DNA of 64,000 nucleotides, taken from contig CAWFIN010000006.1 of NCBI GenBank assembly GCA_963815945.1, positions 20,166 to 84,165 on the forward strand. The letters are read 5' to 3'. The DNA is from an uncultured Actinomycetes bacterium. Lineage in GTDB: Bacteria; Actinomycetota; Thermoleophilia; Gaiellales; Gaiellaceae. Positions 8,440 through 17,430 of the stretch are shown in pieces. Within the stretch, counting starts at the first letter, position 1. Each line of letters starts with the position of its first letter. Under the pieces are notes generated by a model. The model was not told the origin of the DNA. It ran no database searches and saw only the letters and a list, made by a program, of their open reading frames with translations. Both the position numbers and the translations under genes were made by a program.

Positions 8440-10323
8440 TCAGACGCCGAGCCCGGCGACGGCCGGGCCTTCGATCACGTCCGCATCTCGGGCGACGAGG
8501 GTGGCGTAGCGGCCGCCACGCGCGACGAGCTCGTCGTGGGTGCCGATCTCGGCGACGGAGCCACCGTCGAGGACGACGATCTGGTCTGCGTCGCGAACGG
8601 TCGAAAGCCGGTGGGCGATCGCGATCGTCGTCCGTCCCTCGACGAGCCGGTCGAGCGCCTTCTGGACGGCGCGCTCGGTTTCGGTGTCGAGCGCCGAGGT
8701 CGCCTCGTCGAGGACGAGGATCGGCGGGTTCCGAAGGATCGCGCGGGCGATGGCGAGCCGCTGCTTTTCGCCCCCCGAGAACCGATAGCCGCGCTCGCCG
8801 ACGACCGTGTCGTACCCGTCGGCAAGAGACGAGATGAGGTCGTGGATCTGCGCTGCCGCGGCCGCAGCCTCGATCTCCTTGTCGGTCGCGTTCGGTTTTG
8901 CGAAGCGCAGATTGTCGCGCACGCTCGCGTTCAGGAGATACGTCTCCTGCGAGACGACCCCGACCGCCGAGGCGATCGACGCGAATGTGAGCTCGCGCAC
9001 GTCGACCCCGTCGATCGTGACAGCACCGCGCGTGACGTCGTAGAGCCGCCCGACCAGGTAGCCGAGGGTCGTCTTCCCAGCTCCCGTCTCGCCCACGATC
9101 GCCGTCTTCGTCCCAGCAGGAACATCGAAGGCGATCCGCTTGAGCGCCCAGTCGTGGCCCTCGTAGCGGAACCACACGTCGTCGAGGGAGACGTCTCCGC
9201 GCAGGTCGTGCACCTCGCGCGTTCCCTCCTCGATGTCCACGCGCAAGTCGAGGTACTCGAAGATCCGGTCGAAGAGCGCGAGCGACGCCTGGACGTCGAC
9301 CGAGATCGAGAGCAAGCTGCCGACCGGGGCAAACAGACGGGTCTGCAGCGTGGTGAAGGCGACCAGGGTGCCGATGGAGATCGAGGTCGCATCCTTGGAG
9401 ATCGCGAAGCCGCCGAACCAGTACACGGCAGCAGGCATCAGCGCGAACACCATCTGGATCGACGCCATCATCCAGCGCCCCGTCATGCGGCTCCGGATCT
9501 CGAGACCGGCGAGACGGCTCGACTCACCGTCGAAGCGCTCGGCAAGCTCCTGCGATCGTCCCATCGTCTTCCCGAGCAAGATCCCGGAGACCGACAGCGA
9601 CTCCTGGACGAGCGAGGAGATATCGGCCATCGACTCCTGCCGCTCGGTCGCGATCTTCCGCCGCTGCCTGCCGACCCGGCGCGTCATCCAGACGAAGAGC
9701 GGCATCAGCGCGAGCGCGAAGAGCGCGAGCTGCCACGAGAGCAGGAACATGGCGATCACGACCGCGATCACGGTCGTCACGGTCGAGACGACCGAGGTCG
9801 CGGTGGACGTGAGCACGTTGTCGACCCCGCCGATGTCGTTCGCGATCCGGCTCTGCACCTCACCCGTGCGCGTGCGCGTGAAAAACGCGAGCGAGAGTCG
9901 CTGGAGATGGCGGTAGACGGCGGTCCGGAGGTCGTGCATCACGCTCTGGCCGACCTGGGTCGAGTAATACGACTGGATCACTCCGAACGCGCCGGTGATG
10001 ACCGCGATCGCGACCATCCCGCAGACGAGCTCGGTGAGCAGGACCATGTTGACCTGGGGCGGGTTGTACTGCGTCTGAATGGCGGTGTCGAGGATCGCGC
10101 GCAGCAGAAACGGCGAGACGACCCCGAGTGCCGACGAGATCACGATCAGGAAGAAGACGAACGTCAGCTTCGCCCAGTAGGGACGGAACAGCCTCACGAT
10201 CCTGCGCCCGTGGGCGCGGCGAACGGCCGGATCGGCAGGGCGCGTTACGTCTTCACGGGGCGACCACGGCCCCCTGCCGCCGCCGCCACCGCCGCCACCA
10301 CCTCCGAACCCTCCCATCCCCAT
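8440..10323 (-). CDS. ABC exporter, fused permease and ATPase (MsbA/CydDC-like architecture)
   Basis: Intact 627-aa ORF. Six-helix exporter domain, then Walker A GETGAGKTT, signature FSGGEKQR and Walker B ILVLDEATSALD. Gly-rich N-terminus. Confidence 0.9.
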   Translation of the reverse strand: MGMGGFGGGGGGGGGGRGPWSPREDVTRPADPAVRRAHGRRIVRLFRPYWAKLTFVFFLIVISSALGVVSPFLLRAILDTAIQTQYNPPQVNMVLLTELVCGMVAIAVITGAFGVIQSYYSTQVGQSVMHDLRTAVYRHLQRLSLAFFTRTRTGEVQSRIANDIGGVDNVLTSTATSVVSTVTTVIAVVIAMFLLSWQLALFALALMPLFVWMTRRVGRQRRKIATERQESMADISSLVQESLSVSGILLGKTMGRSQELAERFDGESSRLAGLEIRSRMTGRWMMASIQMVFALMPAAVYWFGGFAISKDATSISIGTLVAFTTLQTRLFAPVGSLLSISVDVQASLALFDRIFEYLDLRVDIEEGTREVHDLRGDVSLDDVWFRYEGHDWALKRIAFDVPAGTKTAIVGETGAGKTTLGYLVGRLYDVTRGAVTIDGVDVRELTFASIASAVGVVSQETYLLNASVRDNLRFAKPNATDKEIEAAAAAAQIHDLISSLADGYDTVVGERGYRFSGGEKQRLAIARAILRNPPILVLDEATSALDTETERAVQKALDRLVEGRTTIAIAHRLSTVRDADQIVVLDGGSVAEIGTHDELVARGGRYATLVARDADVIEGPAVAGLGV

Positions 10324-10359
10324 GTTCGAAACGGTAGCGCGATGCTCGCGAAACCGGTG

Positions 10360-10812
10360 TCAGCCGATCCCGAAGCGCCTGTCGAGCGAGTACAGCCGCG
10401 ACGGCCAGATCGCGACCACGAGGCCCGGGATGCCGAGCGTCATGTCGCGGGCGATGCTCCAGAACCCGACGCTCTGGTGGGCGAGCGTGCCGAAGCAGCC
10501 GCAGTCGAGCTGGAGGCCCCGCGCCCACGCCTGAACCTGCGCGATCAGGAACGCCACCATCAGGACGCAGGTAAAGATCGCCGTCGCGCGAGTGAACAGC
10601 CCGACGAGCAAGTAGAAGCCGGCGAAGACCTCCACGAACGGGAGCGCATACGCGAACGGCTGGACGAAAACGTGCGGCAGGAGCTTGTAGAGGGAAACCT
10701 GTGCGTGGAAGTGCTCGAGGTCGAGGATCTTCGCGATACCGGCGGTCAGCCAGATCGCCCCTGCCAGGAGCCGGAGCGCCAGCCCGGCCCAGGGCAGTAC
10801 GGAGCTACGCAC
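10360..10812 (-). CDS. MauE/DoxX-type redox-associated membrane protein
   Basis: 150 aa, four TM helices, LQLDCGCFGTL motif. 8-nt overlap with the upstream thioredoxin gene. Confidence 0.7.
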   Translation of the reverse strand: MRSSVLPWAGLALRLLAGAIWLTAGIAKILDLEHFHAQVSLYKLLPHVFVQPFAYALPFVEVFAGFYLLVGLFTRATAIFTCVLMVAFLIAQVQAWARGLQLDCGCFGTLAHQSVGFWSIARDMTLGIPGLVVAIWPSRLYSLDRRFGIG

Positions 10813-11599
10813 CAGCCGCCTGGACGAGCTGCTGCCGAAGAAGTGCGTTGGGCTGCTCGCCGTCGGAGGCGAACGTGACGCGGCCCTTCGGGTCGATCAC
10901 GTAGAAGGTCGGGTACGACGCCACCCGGTAGGCGTTCGACACGGGTCCCGGCGACCCGGGCGAGGTGAAACTGCCTGGGTGCGAGCTCGGGTCGAGCAGC
11001 GCCGGGAAGTCGAAGCCGTAGTAGAGGTGGTAGGCAAAGACGCTCGGCGCCGTCTCCCCGTCGGCGTTGACCGAGACGAAGGCGTACTTCCCCGCCGGCA
11101 TCGACTTCGAGAGTGTGCGGATATGCGGTGCCTCCGCATTGCAATGCGGGCACCAGGTGGTGAAGAACTCGAGCAGCGTGGCCTTCCCAAGAGAGTCCGA
11201 CAGGCTCACCTTCTTGCCTGTCGGCGTCTTGAGCGTGAACGCGGGCGCCTTCGTGCCCGCCTTGAGCAGGTTCGGGTTCGACGGCGGGCTCGCCGCCGAC
11301 GCCGGCTGGCCCTCGACCTCGCCGACACCCGGCTCTGTCGTTGGATGAAATCCGATGTCGTGCGCTGCCGAGACGAGTGACGCCGGGGCGTTCCGGTCCG
11401 CCGCGGAAACGGTGGACGCAGGAGGCGTCGACGGCGAAGTCTTCTTCGTCAGCAGGAGAACCCCGACTACGACTGCGACGCCCAGCGCCAGGATGAGCGT
11501 CGCGATGAGCACGTTCCTCCGCGCTTGCATGACCGGCTTCGGAATCGGCGGCGGCGGCACTGCTCGCCGGTCGGCTTTGAGCCGGGACTTCCTCCCCAT
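10805..11599 (-). CDS. Membrane-anchored TlpA/ResA-like thiol:disulfide oxidoreductase
   Basis: 264 aa. TM anchor, Pro/Ser linker, thioredoxin fold with LLEFFTTWCPHCNAEAP. ATGA overlap with the SCO gene. Confidence 0.85.
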   Translation of the reverse strand: MGRKSRLKADRRAVPPPPIPKPVMQARRNVLIATLILALGVAVVVGVLLLTKKTSPSTPPASTVSAADRNAPASLVSAAHDIGFHPTTEPGVGEVEGQPASAASPPSNPNLLKAGTKAPAFTLKTPTGKKVSLSDSLGKATLLEFFTTWCPHCNAEAPHIRTLSKSMPAGKYAFVSVNADGETAPSVFAYHLYYGFDFPALLDPSSHPGSFTSPGSPGPVSNAYRVASYPTFYVIDPKGRVTFASDGEQPNALLRQQLVQAAGA

Positions 11600-12192
11600 C
11601 AGGCCGCTCCTTGCAGTGCTTTGAGGTCATGGACGACCGCGTCGGCCGTCACTGTGGAATCGTAGATCAGCCGCTCCTGCTGCTGCGGATCGATCAGGAT
11701 CTCGAAGGTCGAGTGAGTGACCGTTCCCTTCGGTCCAGCAACCGCCGCGACGTGGAACCTCTTCCACACCGCCTCAAGCTGGGAGGGGGTGCCGGTGAGA
11801 TACCGAAATGCGGGCACGAGCTGGTGCTCGCGGGTGAACTTCTTCACGGAGGCCGGCGTGTCGCCCTTCGGGTCGACGCTGACTGCAAGAACGCGAAGTC
11901 CGGCGCGGCGAGCGGTCGCCGTGTGCAGGACGCGGTTCAGCGTTCCTGCGACCACGGGGCAGACATCGGGGCAATTCGTGTAGAGGAACGTGACGATCGC
12001 GTAGTGGCCCGGCGCCAGCGGGAGACCTGCCGCGTGCCCGGCCTGGTCCTGCAGCGTGAATCCGGGCGCGGGGCGCGGCGGCGTAAGCGCCGTCCCGCGG
12101 AACGCCGGAGCCGGCGTTCCCTTGGTTCCCCCGCATCCCGCACCGGCCACCGCCAGAGTCGCGAGAACGACCGCACCGACAAGCCTGAGCAT
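11599..12192 (-). CDS. SCO1/SenC copper chaperone, probable lipoprotein
   Basis: 197 aa from ATG 12192. LAVAGAGC lipobox-like signal; YTNCPDVCP copper motif with a downstream His (VTHSTF). ATGA overlaps at both ends. Confidence 0.85.
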   Translation of the reverse strand: MLRLVGAVVLATLAVAGAGCGGTKGTPAPAFRGTALTPPRPAPGFTLQDQAGHAAGLPLAPGHYAIVTFLYTNCPDVCPVVAGTLNRVLHTATARRAGLRVLAVSVDPKGDTPASVKKFTREHQLVPAFRYLTGTPSQLEAVWKRFHVAAVAGPKGTVTHSTFEILIDPQQQERLIYDSTVTADAVVHDLKALQGAA

Positions 12193-12833
12193 CACGCTCG
12201 ACGCGCTCTTCTGCGCCGCACGAACAGGACCACGGCCAGCAGCGCAAGCACGACTGCCACGCCTCCGGCGATCTCGAGCCGATCGTTTCTGGTGGACGAG
12301 CTCGGAGAGGTCACCGTCACGTGCGAGAGGTCGATGCCGCGACGCGCCGCGAGCTTCTGCACCACTCCACCCGCCGCCGCGACGAGTGCATTTCCTGCGC
12401 TCGTGCCAGGCGCTGGGAGGGCCGCCACGAGCGCCCGGTCGGCCGCCGGGGCCGGACCGTGCTTGTAGACGCCGAAGCCGTTTGGCATGACGACAAGCAC
12501 CTCTCCCTTGTACCAATAGAAGAGCTCCTGCCCCAGGAACCGGGAGTACCGCACCGGTTTGCCGAAGAGGACCGGGACCGACCCCAAGTCGTATGGCTTC
12601 GAGATCACGGCGACGCGGATCTGGAAGCCGGCCTTCTTCGCTGCCGCGAGCAGCGAGAGCAGCTGCGCCGAGTGCGCCTTGTCGATGTTCGCGTCGAAGG
12701 GCAGGAACGCTGGCTGCGTGATCAGAAAGTCGCTCGCGGGATCGCCGTCGGCAATCGCGGCCGGGACAACCGCGAGGCCGAGAGCGACCCCAGCGAGCAT
12801 CGCCACGAGCCGGTGGCGCGCAACGACGTTCAT
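12192..12833 (-). CDS. Exported protein with C-terminal membrane anchor, family not recognised
   Basis: Intact 213-aa ORF. Signal LVAMLAGVALGLAVVPAAIA, soluble domain (FQIRVAVISKPYDLG, YWYKGEVLVVMPNGFGVY), C-terminal helix GGVAVVLALLAVVLFV followed by RRRRARRA. ATGA overlaps on both sides. Confidence 0.6.
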   Translation of the reverse strand: MNVVARHRLVAMLAGVALGLAVVPAAIADGDPASDFLITQPAFLPFDANIDKAHSAQLLSLLAAAKKAGFQIRVAVISKPYDLGSVPVLFGKPVRYSRFLGQELFYWYKGEVLVVMPNGFGVYKHGPAPAADRALVAALPAPGTSAGNALVAAAGGVVQKLAARRGIDLSHVTVTSPSSSTRNDRLEIAGGVAVVLALLAVVLFVRRRRARRA

Positions 12834-14569
12834 CCGGTTGCGTGGTCGACGAGGAAGGCGTTGAACGGCTGCCTGCCACGCGGTGTCACTTGCAGGCCGA
12901 GGCCCCAGTGCCCGACCATGACGAGCGCGGGCGCCGAGTGGGTGTAGACACCCTTCCCGGTCTCGGTCAGCCGGTAGGCCTGCTGCTGCATCTCCATGTC
13001 GAGCATCGAGAAGTTGAGGATGACATCAGCGCCGCGAACGGGCACCCCGTTCTTCGAAATCGTGACCGCAAAATCGTTCGGCACGGCGGCGCGGTTCGGA
13101 GAGACGACCACTGCGAGCTTGTAGCCTCCGGCGGTCACGGTTCTCGCCACCGGCCCGGGGCCGACCCTTGCGAGGGCTTTCGACTCGAGAGCGAGCGCGC
13201 GGGCAGGCGGAGGCAGGCTCGACAGGAGCGCTGCCGCGAACACCGCTACGGCGACGATGACCGCCTCGGCGCTGACGAGGCGGCGCAGAAGAGACGCCGC
13301 GGACGGACCGAGCTCCGCGCGATCCCGCGCTGCGGCGGCGAGCCGCGGCTTCGTTCGCAGCAGGTTCACGGCCGCAAGCGCGATTGCGAGGGCGAGCAGC
13401 GCGGCCTTGGCGAGGATCGTCTTGCCGTACGAGGTGTCCCAGAGAGCGGCGAGGATCGGGAGATGGATGATCGTCGCGGCGATGCCCGAGCCGAGCAGGA
13501 CGATCACCGAGACGAGCGCAACGTTCGAGAACCGCGGCACGCACACCGAGAGCACGGCGACGCGTCGCTCGGCGGAGACGCTTCGCCAGAGAACGAGCAG
13601 ACCGACCAGGCCGCCGATCCACACCGACCCGGCGGCAACGTGAAGCCAGTCCAGGGCCAGCGAAAGCGTTCGCGGTGCCGTCTGCGCGGCGTGGCCCGCC
13701 ACCCCGGGTATCACCATCACCGTCGCCGCTGCAGCAAAGGCGCCCGTACCGGCGAGGAGCTCGACCACCGAGCGCTGCGCCCGTTCTGGCCGGTCGACCC
13801 AGAGGGCAACCGCGGCCGCCGCGACGAAGAGGGCGAAGCAGATCTCGAGGTCGACATAGCCCCGGCCGAAAGCAGAGGTGCGAACCAGCGGTAAGAGAGC
13901 CCCGACGTCGAAGGCCGAACGCAGCGCGAACTCTGCCGTCGCGACGAAGAGGTACACCGGAATCGCCACCAGCCCGGCTGCCGCCGCAACGTAGAACGCG
14001 ACCGAAAGCGGCCGGAGCCGCGTCCCGGGAACGCGCGCAGCAACCGGGCGGACGATCGCGATCCGGAGGATGAAGAGGCCGATCGCGGTCATCACCGACA
14101 GCAGAGCCGCCCACCGAGTGATCAGGAGCGAAGGCGTCGCCGCGGTCTCGGAGATCGACGGGATCACGAACTGCGGCGCCGGGCCGGGGTTGGGCCCAAC
14201 GGCGAACGTGAAGGCGCCGCGCACCGGGTGGCCGTCGACCGAGATCGCCCGCCAGTACACGAGATACCACCCCTCCTTGAGATGCCGTACGGGGACGAAG
14301 AGGGTGTTCGGGTCGGCGGCGCTGCGTGCAACCGGCGCAGTGGCCTCCTGCACGGGCGGGTCGCTCGAATCGGTGACCGAGATCGTCGCGAACCGAGGCT
14401 CGACCGCCTCGTCGAAGGTCAGCGAGACCCTCGGCGGCGAGCTGGCGAGAATCCCGCTCGCCGAGGGAAACGTCCTGATCAGGTACGCGTGGGCATACGC
14501 AACTGCCGGCAGCGCGAGCCCGACCAGGACGGCGGCTGACGCCGCGACAACTCGGCCCCGGCCTCTCAC
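12830..14569 (-). CDS. CopC-CopD fusion copper transport/resistance protein (YcnJ-like) with C-terminal YtkA/FixH-like domain
   Basis: Intact 579 aa. Signal ends AYA-HAY. CopC sandwich (RVSLTFDEAVEP, GWYLVYWRAISVDGHPV), multi-helix CopD region, C-terminal Ig-like part (DFAVTISKNG..MLDMEMQQQ). GTG 14569 overlaps the ycnI stop (GTGA). Confidence 0.85.
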   Translation of the reverse strand: MRGRGRVVAASAAVLVGLALPAVAYAHAYLIRTFPSASGILASSPPRVSLTFDEAVEPRFATISVTDSSDPPVQEATAPVARSAADPNTLFVPVRHLKEGWYLVYWRAISVDGHPVRGAFTFAVGPNPGPAPQFVIPSISETAATPSLLITRWAALLSVMTAIGLFILRIAIVRPVAARVPGTRLRPLSVAFYVAAAAGLVAIPVYLFVATAEFALRSAFDVGALLPLVRTSAFGRGYVDLEICFALFVAAAAVALWVDRPERAQRSVVELLAGTGAFAAAATVMVIPGVAGHAAQTAPRTLSLALDWLHVAAGSVWIGGLVGLLVLWRSVSAERRVAVLSVCVPRFSNVALVSVIVLLGSGIAATIIHLPILAALWDTSYGKTILAKAALLALAIALAAVNLLRTKPRLAAAARDRAELGPSAASLLRRLVSAEAVIVAVAVFAAALLSSLPPPARALALESKALARVGPGPVARTVTAGGYKLAVVVSPNRAAVPNDFAVTISKNGVPVRGADVILNFSMLDMEMQQQAYRLTETGKGVYTHSAPALVMVGHWGLGLQVTPRGRQPFNAFLVDHATG

Positions 14570-15147
14570 GTGAGCTGGCGCTTCCCTCCACCCGCGACGA
14601 GCGCGATCACGCCGAGCACAACACCGACGGCGCCGAGGACGAGGGCGATGATGGCGAGCGTCGAGCTTCCGCCCCCGAACGAGCTCATTGCCTCGACCGT
14701 CGCTGTGGGCGTGTCGGACGACTCGGGGCCATTCCAGTCGACGACCGACCCGTCGGAGTACGTCTGCTGAACGCCGAACGAGTAGGTCTTGCTCGAGGCT
14801 GCCAGGCCGAGGAACTGGAACAGCGAGTCCTCGCCGGTCGGCGTGCTGCCGCCCGACCAGGTCACCTTCTGGATCACGGCCGACTCACCGGAACCGGTTT
14901 GCTGGACATCGCGCTTCCATCCTGGCGCCGCGACGAAGGAGTCGATCGAGAACCCCTCCGGGAGCGTGAGGACGACTTTGGTCGTCGTCGCGTTCTCCTT
15001 CTCGGTGGGGACGACGAGGCTGTACAGCTCCGATTGCCCTGAGAGGGAGACGGACGGGCTGATCCGCGCGTGCGCGAAGGCACCGGAGGCCGCGGTCGCG
15101 GCGACCACCGCGGTCGCGGCGAGAGCGAGTGTGAGGCGGGCGTTCAT
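14566..15147 (-). CDS. ycnI: YcnI-family (DUF1775) copper-binding protein with C-terminal membrane anchor
   Basis: 193 aa. Signal ends GAFA-HARISPS. VVPTEKENATTTKVVLTLPEGF, PGWK and VTWSGG blocks resemble B. subtilis YcnI. C-terminal TM helix. Confidence 0.85.
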   Translation of the reverse strand: MNARLTLALAATAVVAATAASGAFAHARISPSVSLSGQSELYSLVVPTEKENATTTKVVLTLPEGFSIDSFVAAPGWKRDVQQTGSGESAVIQKVTWSGGSTPTGEDSLFQFLGLAASSKTYSFGVQQTYSDGSVVDWNGPESSDTPTATVEAMSSFGGGSSTLAIIALVLGAVGVVLGVIALVAGGGKRQLT

Positions 15148-15157
15148 GAGGCTCCTT

Positions 15158-16004
15158 TCATGTCACATTCAGGGTGAACGGCGCCGTCACGAGACGGCCA
15201 CCGACTTTGGTCTGGAGGAAGAGGCGCCACTTCCCGGGCGCGGGCAAGAGGACGCCGACGTTCAGCTTTCCGGGTGTCGTCGACGTGCCCGTGACCTTCG
15301 CGGGCCCGAGGACACTCGTGCAGCCGGTCGCACCGGGCGAGCAAACGTGCGTGTGGAAGTAGTCGAGCGTTCCGCGGCGGAAGAAGATCGCGTGCGCGAG
15401 CGCCCCGTACCAGGGGGCGAAGCTCGCGGGACGGCCGTGCGGATCCGTCACGTTCACCGTCACGTCCTGGGCCTGAAGCGCTTTCAGGTGGGAGGCGCCG
15501 CCGAGCTTGAACCTGTAACCGCCTGCGTCGACGATGGCATCCGGAGGCGGGCAGCGCCTTCGGTTTGTAGGCGCCTGCGACCCTGATCTGGTCGAAGAGC
15601 TGGAAGTTCGTCTGCGGCCCGCTCGCCGGGTACACGTCGATCACGACCCGGTACGAGCCCGAAGCGGGGAAGACGACTTGCTGCGAGATCGTTCCGTCCG
15701 CGGCGACAGACGGATGCCGGTGAATGAAGTGCGCAAGATCGCGGCGGACGAGGATCAGATGGACGCCGGTGTGTGGTCCGGGCCCGGTCTTGAAATCCGT
15801 GAGCGCCGTCCCGTCAGGCTGGCGAATCACGAACGAAACGGTGGTCGGGCGCCCGGGACGGACAGGGACAGCAGGCTTGAAATCCGCGAGCGAGTAGACG
15901 TGGGCCGCCTGGATCGTGGGCAGGCCATTCGACGAACCTCCGCAGCCGGCGAGCGCAGGCACGACGAGCAGGAGGGCCAGAAGAACACGGACGCGGACGG
16001 TCAT
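15158..16004 (-). pseudogene. Two-domain lipoprotein of unknown family with a repeated F-x-H-x-H motif; one frame change
   Basis: ATG 16004 follows GAAAGGAA and makes an ATGA overlap with the upstream stop. Lipobox LVVPALAGC. First half has AHFIHRHP, second half DYFHTHV. The halves are in different frames (change near 15540). Confidence 0.55.
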
Positions 16005-16488
16005 GTGATTCCTTTCGGGAAGAGGAAGAAGCGGTGCGGCGGGACGTAGCCGCCGATCTCGAGCACGATCTCGGCGTTCTTCGTAAGCGGGACCGATGTC
16101 GACAGGGCCGGCCACGGGCCGCCCGTTGACGTACGCGCGCACGGGCGACCGCGACGTGAACGACGCGAGACGGTGGGCTCCGAGTGGCTGGCCCCAGACG
16201 CGGAAGAGGTCGCCGACGGTTCGCGGGCCCCGTGTCGAGACCGAGAACACGCCGATCGGTGTTCTCGTCCGTACCGTGTCCGAGCAGGCGCCGATACCCG
16301 CCGGGATGACCACGGCATTGCGCCTCGGCGAAGAGCTCGACATGCACCCGGAAGGTGCCGGCGGAAGAACAGGTCGACTCCTGGACGACGCGTCCCGGCG
16401 AAGGCCTGTAGGCAGCGCCCGGGCCGATCGGAACCGGCTTCACCGAGGGATCCCCCGCGAGGGCAACCGCTGCGAGCAGAGCGATCAT
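16001..16488 (-). pseudogene. Exported protein, family not recognised; two frame changes
   Basis: ATG 16488 (ATGA overlap). MIALLAAVALAG..TFRVHVELFAE | AVVIPAGIGACSDTV..LFRVWGQPLG..VNGRPVAGP | ..VPLTKNAEIVLEIGGYVPPHRFFLFPKGIT. Shifts near 16330 and 16100. Confidence 0.45.
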
Positions 16489-17429
16489 CGCCGGGGTCGC
16501 CGAACGTCGTCGAAATCGGGCAGAAAGCTCAGGGCTGCCGCGGCCGCGCCCCCGACGAGCGCGAGCCCACAGGCGAGACGTACCGAGGTGGCAGGAAGCG
16601 CCGAGATCACGACTCCGTGCCAGAACACGGGCAGCGAGCCGATCGTCGCAACTGCGGCGATCCCGCCAATGACACCGGCGACGTGAACGCGGCGCCGGTC
16701 GTGGAAGACGACGAGCAGCACGGCGAGGACCGCGCCGACGACCACCCCGGCGGCGATCTGGAACCACGCGACTCGACCGTTCGGAGCGTCTCTGGCAGCG
16801 AAGGTCGTGATCGCGACGAGCGCACCCAGCCCGGCTGCGGTCCCGAGCCCGACCGTGAGGGTCGACCGCCAGCCGCGCCGTAGCGCGGCCACCGCAGCCA
16901 CGGCAACGATGAAGACGGCGGTTCCCGCGAGCCACGGCCACGCCGACGGGCTTCGCACCCGCCAGAACGTGCCTCTGATGACGGCCGCGCGGCCGTCGAC
17001 GCTGATCGGGACCGAGAAGCTCCCGGCACGGCCCAGGCTGGCTCGCGGGCGGAGGGGCGAGGCGGTGGTCGTGCCACGCGATCGAGCTTCCACTACTCAC
17101 TCGAACCCAGCCGGAGCCGGGCTTCGAAACCAGCTTGTCTGCCGCCGCCGTGGGGGAACCGGCGTTCACCCAGACCCCGTCAGGCCCTATCCGCAGGACA
17201 GGCTCGCGCAGAAGCCCACGGACGACCACGCGATGCCCCCCGGCGACCGAGACCTGGAGCGACCGGTCGCCGTCGAGCACCCGGACGCTGACCCCGGGGA
17301 TCGACTGGACCGCCGGATCGATGTCCAGCCGAAAGTCGAGCGCGACGACCGGCGCGCGGCCGTGCGCCGCCGCCTGCGCGGGAAGCGCAAGGGCGGCGAG
17401 GCCAGGACGGTGACGAGACGTGCGCGCAC
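16485..17429 (-). pseudogene. Exported domain with predicted N-terminal His plus four C-terminal TM helices, family not recognised; two frame changes
   Basis: GTG 17429. MRARLVTVLA | GLAALALPAQAAA-HGRAPVV (shift near 17400); beta-rich domain with SIAWHDHRL; shift near 17050; then four hydrophobic helices (WLAGTAVFIVAVAAVAAL and others). Confidence 0.45.
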
Positions 17430-17430
17430 G

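Noticed and set aside
10262-10323. GGC/GCC-rich repeat at the 5' end of the ABC exporter gene.
   Set aside because: It translates to a poly-Gly N-terminal tail (GGFGGGGGGGGGGRG). This is low-complexity coding sequence with no spacer-repeat structure.
8536-10878. Very long ORFs antisense to, or out of frame with, recognised genes. Examples: 8536-10878 (+, 780 aa), 5917-7350 (+), 19010-20818 (+), 53796-56204 (-), 59368-61200 (-), 41025-42053 (-).
   Set aside because: Their translations are dominated by Arg/Pro/Gly/Ala/Asp runs with no motifs, and they overlap genes with clear family signatures. This is the usual consequence of stop-codon scarcity in high-GC DNA.
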